A stretch of 64,000 bases of DNA from a virus (lineage: Duplodnaviria; Caudoviricetes): positions 367 to 64,366 of the IMG/VR virus record IMGVR_UViG_3300023301_000008; one strand, 5' to 3'. The notes beneath the pieces were generated by a model. It ran no database searches. It was not told the DNA's origin and worked only from the letters and a program-made list of their open reading frames with translations. A program made the position numbers and the translations under genes. Shown in pieces: positions 57,558 to 64,000 of this stretch; the first letter of the stretch is position 1; each line of letters starts with the position of its first letter.

Positions 57558-58247
57558 ATGGAAAAGATTAAGACGTATCTAGTTGGTGGTGCCGTTCGAG
57601 ACCATATTTTGGGTCTTGACCCTAAGGACCTTGATTATTCGGTCGTTGCTTCCAGCTTCTCTGCTATGAAGTCCTGGCTTGAGGATGAAGGATACACTAT
57701 CTTTCTTGAGCATGAAGACTTCGGTGTGATTCGTGCACGGAAAGGGAAGCAAGTCGCTGACTACGTGATCTGCCGAAAGGACGGCGTTTACTCTGATGGT
57801 CGTAGACCGGACTTTGTGGAGGTCGGAACCCTCGAAGATGACTTGAGGCGGAGAGATTTCACCATCAACTCTTTAGCGATGGACGAGTCCGGCAAAGTCA
57901 TCGACCTCTTCGGAGGTGTGAAAGACCTGCAGTATCGACGGCTTCGCGCAGTGGGCGATCCTATGGATCGTCTACGTGAAGACCCGCTCCGAGCTTTCCG
58001 GGCACTTAGGTTCTCTGTTACGAAAGCGATGGAGATTGATAAGGACCTCGCGCACGCCATGCAAGTCCTGAGTGTTATTGACAGCATGGAGTCGGTGTCC
58101 ACGGATCGCATCCGTGTGGAGCTAGGCAAGATGTTCGCGTTCGATTCGACTGCGTCTATGGAGCTTTTGATTCGAACGTACCCCGACTACCTTCGAGTAG
58201 CTGTGGATCGTGGTATCTGGTTCGAACCGACAGTGAAGGGTCGATGA
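57558..58247 (+). CDS. Class II tRNA nucleotidyltransferase (CCA-adding-like)
   Basis: GGAVRD, DLD, EDDLRRRDFTINSLA, EDPLRAFRALRF. Confidence 0.9.
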   Translation: MEKIKTYLVGGAVRDHILGLDPKDLDYSVVASSFSAMKSWLEDEGYTIFLEHEDFGVIRARKGKQVADYVICRKDGVYSDGRRPDFVEVGTLEDDLRRRDFTINSLAMDESGKVIDLFGGVKDLQYRRLRAVGDPMDRLREDPLRAFRALRFSVTKAMEIDKDLAHAMQVLSVIDSMESVSTDRIRVELGKMFAFDSTASMELLIRTYPDYLRVAVDRGIWFEPTVKGR

Positions 58248-60449
58248 TGGTTGACGACTACTTAGTTGATGCTGAGTATCTTGTCATCCATCGGTTTGAG
58301 ACTGGAGGTCGGGATTGTGTTCTCTCTTTGGGATTGCACAACCCGGCCTACGTTCGAATCGAGTTCTACGGGGGCACCGGAGTAGTTGAAAAGTACTTCG
58401 ACTTGGACAAAGAGTTTGACATCTCATTGGATGTCTGCTAGACTTGTTTCATGTTTAAAAGACGGCATAAAGTAATCATCCACTACAAGAGTGGAATATC
58501 AGTCAAATTCCGAGCCAGCGAGTTCAGCATCAACAATGACACGTACTCCTGGAAAGACGCATACCCCCGCCCCTTGAAGCTGGGTGCGGAGGACATCGAA
58601 AGCGTGTGGTACAAATAGTGGACCCCCTAACTGGTGCAGTCGTCGGAGCAATCGTGCTCTTCTTTCTCCGTGAAGTTGTCGCGGTGCTTATCGTCTGGAT
58701 CGGAATGGTCCTAGGTATCGGTCTGGGCGGGGCGTTTGATGCACCCTGGCTGGCTGGATTTATTATCTTCTTCGCGTGGGTGGCCGCAGTCGTCTGGCAA
58801 GTCTTCGCCATCGTGTGGATCATCATTGACATCATCACCATCATACAGATAGCCGCCGGGAGTGCTTGACTTTTCAGGTATCTACCTATAGACTTTAGGC
58901 ATGGATACATTAACATACGCGTTCATGAAGAAGAAGCTAGAGTTTAGGCTCCGGAAAGAAATGATCCAGGCCGGACTCGATCCCGCACACACACCTTTGG
59001 TTGGTGACGGAGAGACTGAATGGCCGGTTGGCGAGCAGATGCTGGCCCGGATGGTTACAGCGGCACTCGTAGTTTTTGAGGGGGCCTCCGATGGATGGAC
59101 TTCAGATCAGTAATCTCAAGACGCTGCGCGAGTTTATGTGCAAGACCCAACACAAGGTCTACGCTGAGCCGGGAGGTCCTGAAAGCTACGAAGCTAAGAT
59201 GATCTCAGAACTTATCCGGGAGATTGACCGTCTGCGGCCACTCGGGTCTGACGGCAAACACGGTAAGCTCCACACCTATTACTGCCAGTGTGATCTTACC
59301 GCTGACGAGCGAACAGATTTATACTGGAGCAGCATTACGTGGGAGGATGTACAATGATGGCCCTGACAATGGACGAAATTCGATATGACTTCATGGTTAC
59401 TGAGGGGCGTTGGCTTGCTGAAAGCGACTCCTATAAACGAGGAATAGCGGTCGGTCGTGTTCAGGATTATTTGCTAGGTTCCTATGAGGTAGACTACTAC
59501 GAATCAGATTCCAACTGGCTCAGCAATAAGGACCTTCGGGAGCTGTTCCTGGAGGGGGTGCACGAGGGCCACACGTATGGTCGGACAGACAGCACAGCTG
59601 AGGAGCTGTTCATCGAAGCACACGAACTAGACGTGAAGACCTTCGGCCTCAAGAACTTGTTCGTGAAAGTTGTGCGTGAACCCTTGACTCCTTTAGTTGA
59701 GTTTGGTAGGGTATAGACATGACAACTTTTCTGGGTGTGTTCGCAATCGTTTTCGGCTTTGTGGTGATCTTGGTCACACTTGGTGGGGCAGTCTGCATGT
59801 GGAAATCCAAACACTATTGGCCCACTTCTCTGAAACTGGCCCTCTCTTTTGGAGGGATTATCCTCTTGTCTCTGATCATCTCTTTGGGGGTTGACGCTGT
59901 TGTGGCTGCTTCCTCCTCTGTCTGCTACGTGAATTAGGGGCTGAGATGTCTTCCAACTTTCCACCCCCGTTCGGGGAGATCACCAACAAAGTAACCCTAG
60001 TCTCACGGCAGAGCATGCTAGAGACTGTAGAGTGGCTGTCCGGTCCGTGTGGACACAGACATGCTATTACAGTTTTCCCGTTTATCAATCAAATCTGGAT
60101 ATCCGACTCAGCAATAGACTGCTTGTTTATCATGCAGAAAAATTTCGAGGCCGGTGAAGAGGTGGCTGAAGCGACAAATGGTGAGACGGAAGAAGAGAGG
60201 GAGATTGCGGAGTACAAAGGCCTGCCCAAATACGTGACTACACTAGACTCTGCAGACGAGGACTGGGAACTCAATGGTCAATCTGGTCTGTAGATTCTTG
60301 GGGTGTAGGCTGGTCATTCCGGTTGACAACCCATTCGATGACATCTATTGCGAGCGATGTGGTGTATACTTGATACCACGAAATGAGGAGAACAATGACG
60401 AATGAAGAATTGATGGAGACGCTAGTGAGTCTAAGAGATGATTTGAACA

Positions 60450-61532
60450 ATGACTAACCCTACAGACCTGTGCCTAGTGCTGATCGTAAAGAACGAGGCA
60501 CTGGTTATCGAACGTCTGATTGAGTCGGCGCGTCCACACATTACTTCATGGTGCATCCTGGACACTGGGAGCACGGACGGAACACAGGACGTAATTCGCA
60601 CGGCGCTCTCGGACCTGCCCGGCAAACTCATGGAGAAGCCGTGGGTAGACTTCGCGCACAACCGATCACAGGTCATGGCCGAAGCGACCAAGATGACAGA
60701 CGGTTGGATGCTCATGATGGACGCAGACTTCACGGTAGAGTATGAGCCCGGGCTCCTTGAAGCTTTGGCTGAGTTCGATACCGAGCAAGGACTGCTCCTG
60801 ATTGACAATCACCACCGGCTCCCGATGCTGGCCCGAACCGGAATTCCATGGTACTACGTGGGACGTGTCCACGAATACATGACCGCTGACGTACCATTCA
60901 ACCGCAAACCTTTTGATCACATTCGTCTGACACACCATGCAGACGGAGGGTCACGTGTAGGCCGACATGCTCAGGACGTGAAGCTCCTGGAGCAAGACGT
61001 AGCGGACGACCCCACCAACACACGATCTGTGTTCTATCTGGCGCAGTCCTACCGTGATACCGGGGATATTGAACGGGCGGCAGAGGCGTACCGCATTCGG
61101 GCCACTATGGGTGGCTGGGACGAGGAAGTCTATATGGCGCTCTTCCAGGCTGGAGTCATGGAGGAGAGGTTAGAGGACCCGAACTCAGTGCTCACCTTAG
61201 AGGCGGCATGGGAACTTCGACCGTCTAGGGCTGAAGCCACACACCAATTGGCGCGGCACCACCGTATCGCTGGAAACATTCGACTCGCGTGGCTGTGGGC
61301 TTACGCGGCTTACAACACTGATCGACCCGACGACATTCTCTTTGTTTACAGTTACGTCTACGACTGGGCTGCAGCTTTCGAGTACACGGACGCACTCTGG
61401 CGCAATGGGGCTTTCGGAGAGGCTGAGAAGGTGGCTCATAAGACTCTGAAGTCCGACCTGCCTGATGACTACCGTAACCATTTGGAGATGATTTTGAAGT
61501 ACATCGAGGATCAGAGGGAGAGCAATGAGTAG
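60450..61532 (+). CDS. GT2 glycosyltransferase with TPR repeats
   Basis: IVKNE, DTGSTDGT, DAD, GRVHE; TPR-like FYLAQSYRD. Confidence 0.88.
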   Translation: MTNPTDLCLVLIVKNEALVIERLIESARPHITSWCILDTGSTDGTQDVIRTALSDLPGKLMEKPWVDFAHNRSQVMAEATKMTDGWMLMMDADFTVEYEPGLLEALAEFDTEQGLLLIDNHHRLPMLARTGIPWYYVGRVHEYMTADVPFNRKPFDHIRLTHHADGGSRVGRHAQDVKLLEQDVADDPTNTRSVFYLAQSYRDTGDIERAAEAYRIRATMGGWDEEVYMALFQAGVMEERLEDPNSVLTLEAAWELRPSRAEATHQLARHHRIAGNIRLAWLWAYAAYNTDRPDDILFVYSYVYDWAAAFEYTDALWRNGAFGEAEKVAHKTLKSDLPDDYRNHLEMILKYIEDQRESNE

Positions 61533-62377
61533 AGTAGTTTTTATAGGCGGAGCGTTCAACGGAGTCGAAGTAGACCTGAAGCGATGGCCTGAGAAGGTTG
61601 AGATTGCCGGACTTCGGTACTCTCGAATTGATGACCCGGACACAGGAGTGTTCCTGGGCGCGTATGTAGGAGGAGAACCAATGGATGACGAGAATGTCCC
61701 TATGGAGGCTGTGGCAATGAATGCTGAGGAGGTTGTGAAGGCAGCAGTTGCGTGGAAGAGTAGCAAGGGGGGTAGTCCCGTGATGGACCGCAAAGAGTGG
61801 GCTCTGTTTGACGCTGTTGAACAACATGGTGCCGCTACAGGGGGATTCGAGCGCGATGATTGACAACTATCAAACTGCAGGGTGGCCACTAGGGCCGACC
61901 TCCACCATCTACATGGACGGCACAGCGGTATTCAACGTGCGTGAATATGGAGAGCCCGGAATCAAGACGACCGTGGTGCTCACGCCCAAACAGGCTGAGG
62001 ATATCCGCGAGGTCGTGTCTAACGAGATGGACGCAATGAGCGAATTTGATGCTCGGGAAGTTATGGCCGACGCAATGAAATACCTGAAGCGTGCCAAAGA
62101 GGCTGAGGCAAAGCTGGCCGCTATCGAAGAAATTCTGGAGCCCGAGTGGATACAAGGTAAAGTTCTTCCGGCCTACCTGGGGGCAGAGAATGCTGCTCGA
62201 ATGGGGGCTATTATGCGGGTATGGAATGATAATGAGTAAATCTCTGAGAGAGGAGCTTATCGACCTTCAGCTTGCGTCCAAATCAGTCACCAGGTCAGAC
62301 GGATACAAGTCCATTGTTACTGTGACGAACGAGGACGCGGCTGATGCCTTAGAATTTCTAGACGCGAGGGAAGAGAG

Positions 62378-62674
62378 TTGAGAGTGAAGATGAAGGAACC
62401 GATTAGACGATTCAAAAAGAAGCCGGTCGAGATCGAGGCCATGTGGTTGGGTTCGTATATGTGCGCCCAGGATATCGTGAACTGGATTGGTGGAGACGCG
62501 TACGCACGCAACACTCAGGGTGGGAACGGACCTGTGGCTTTATTCATTCCGACCCTTGAGGGTGTGATGCGAGCCGATATCGGTGACTGGATCATCAAAG
62601 GTGTAGAGGGAGAGTTTTATCCTTGTAAGAGCGGCATATTTGATCATACCTACGAAGAAATCATTGACTTCTGA
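62378..62674 (+). CDS. Conserved phage protein (KKPVEIEA...TLEG...GDWIIKG...YPCK)
   Basis: Characteristic motif set of a widespread phage family. Confidence 0.75.
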   Translation: MRVKMKEPIRRFKKKPVEIEAMWLGSYMCAQDIVNWIGGDAYARNTQGGNGPVALFIPTLEGVMRADIGDWIIKGVEGEFYPCKSGIFDHTYEEIIDF

Positions 62675-62751
62675 TCTAGAGTGTGGGAGGATATAGGCGT
62701 GCTTAGAGATAAACCACTAGAGGTTATACGGCTGGGGCGGCGGGTATTCTG

Positions 62752-63135
62752 ATGGCTTCCGGGGCGGGCTCGAACTCTAGTAAACCTCGGGTCCTCGTAA
62801 CGGGATCGCGGGACTGGCCGTGGGTGGACGTAATCCTCTCAGAACTCCTAGACGTGCGAGAGAACCTGGGGGATTTTATTCTCGTCTCTGGAGCGTGCCC
62901 TACCGGAGCGGACAGCATAGCAGAGATGGTGTGCGAGTGGGAGGGCCTTGAGGTGGAGCGGCACCCGGCCAACTGGTCACTGGGTCGGAGTGCGGGATTC
63001 ATACGCAACTCGGAGATGGTGAAGCTCGGGGCTACCGTATGTGTGGCGTTCATTAAGGACGGGTCTAAGGGCGCAACGCACACGGCTGGTCTAGCTATAG
63101 GGGCGGGAATTCCACTGATTAAGTATTCGGCTTGA
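62752..63135 (+). CDS. YspA/DUF2493 SLOG-family protein
   Basis: [31 protein letters not shown]. Confidence 0.85.
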   Translation: MASGAGSNSSKPRVLVTGSRDWPWVDVILSELLDVRENLGDFILVSGACPTGADSIAEMVCEWEGLEVERHPANWSLGRSAGFIRNSEMVKLGATVCVAFIKDGSKGATHTAGLAIGAGIPLIKYSA

Positions 63136-64000
63136 CATTTATTGTTGAGGTCCTGTAGACTGTGTTTATGGACCCGAATGATCTAACAACCAACATAGAG
63201 CTGCCCTCGGAAAAACTAGGGGAGGCTCTGAATGTGGCGCACACTGTGATGCTGTTGATGGGCATCAGAGGCGAAGACCGCCTAGAAGTCGCACTCTTCA
63301 TGGGCTCTCCGGAGTTCCGTGCATGGAAAGCTGAGCACCGTAAAGAGGTACTGCTTGAGGCGGCGGATACGTGGGACTCACTGCAGACTCCGGAGAACGA
63401 TCACTACTCTCGCCGTGATACGGCCCTGTGGTTGACGGACCTTTCGGACTTGGATGAGTAATGGCCTCTCTAATACTGTGGGTGGTGGCTGCTTTGGCTT
63501 TCATGTTTGTGGGCATCTCGATGCCGGGGGTAGTCAAACGACACAAGCGTGCAAAGATATTGGCTCGCTGGGTACAAGACTTTGAACGGCTTGAGGGTGT
63601 GTTCGCTGGGATGACAGCATCTATGCGAGAAATGGCTGCAACATGGATCACACTAGGCGCGGCCTTCGAAGCTGTGGGGCTGGTTATGGAAATTAGCGAA
63701 GAGGAGGGTAATTGTGAATGTGATTACGAAGAGGGATGAACCTAAAGACCCGTGGGATTCGGGCCACTTTACACAGGACTGGTATAGCCAGGATGTAATG
63801 GATGATACGGAGCGCCTTGCGCGAGTACGGGTACAGAGAGACTATCGTGGTCGGGCGTTGTGGATTCGGCTCTACCCGCTGAAGGATATTCCAGTGGCCG
63901 GGCAGTCCTACGTGGTGACCGTGCGTACCTTCGACTCGGAGTGGCTGCATTGGAGGACTACAGTGTTTGGCCCTTTCGACACATCAGAAGAGTGTGACGA

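Overview
A 64-kb segment of a large, most likely lytic actinobacteriophage genome (two WhiB genes, class Ib nrdHIEF and many leaderless sigmaA-type promoters; the host is inferred, probably Micrococcales-like). Layout: (1) 0.5-14.7 kb replication/recombination module: intein-containing DNA polymerase I, RuvC-like resolvase, SNF2 helicase, Cas4/RecB-like exonuclease, Sak4-like ATPase, SSB, WhiB, primase-helicase. (2) 14.7-28.0 kb array of about 40 tRNA genes covering all 20 amino acids, interleaved with HNH/EndoVII nucleases, MazG, ThyX, a macrodomain gene, several aberrant tRNA-like RNAs and many small structured or pseudoknotted spacer RNAs. (3) 28.0-30.4 kb Ro60/TROVE locus. (4) 31-41 kb PIF1 helicase, two paralogous Zn-ribbon endonucleases and nrdHIEF with an intein in nrdE. 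(5) 41-64 kb accessory genes: Prs-like gene plus an internally deleted NAMPT-like gene, nucleotidyltransferases, phosphatases, dNMP kinase, rIIA/rIIB, CCA-adding enzyme, glycosyltransferases, SLOG. The top finding is the Ro60 locus. Four tandem Y-RNA-like RNAs share one scaffold but carry different internal domains. They precede a Ro60 gene split into two in-frame ORFs, and each half has a circularly permuted copy of the putative Ro-binding helix next to its ribosome-binding site. All calls come from reading the sequence by eye; no database searches or folding programs were run.
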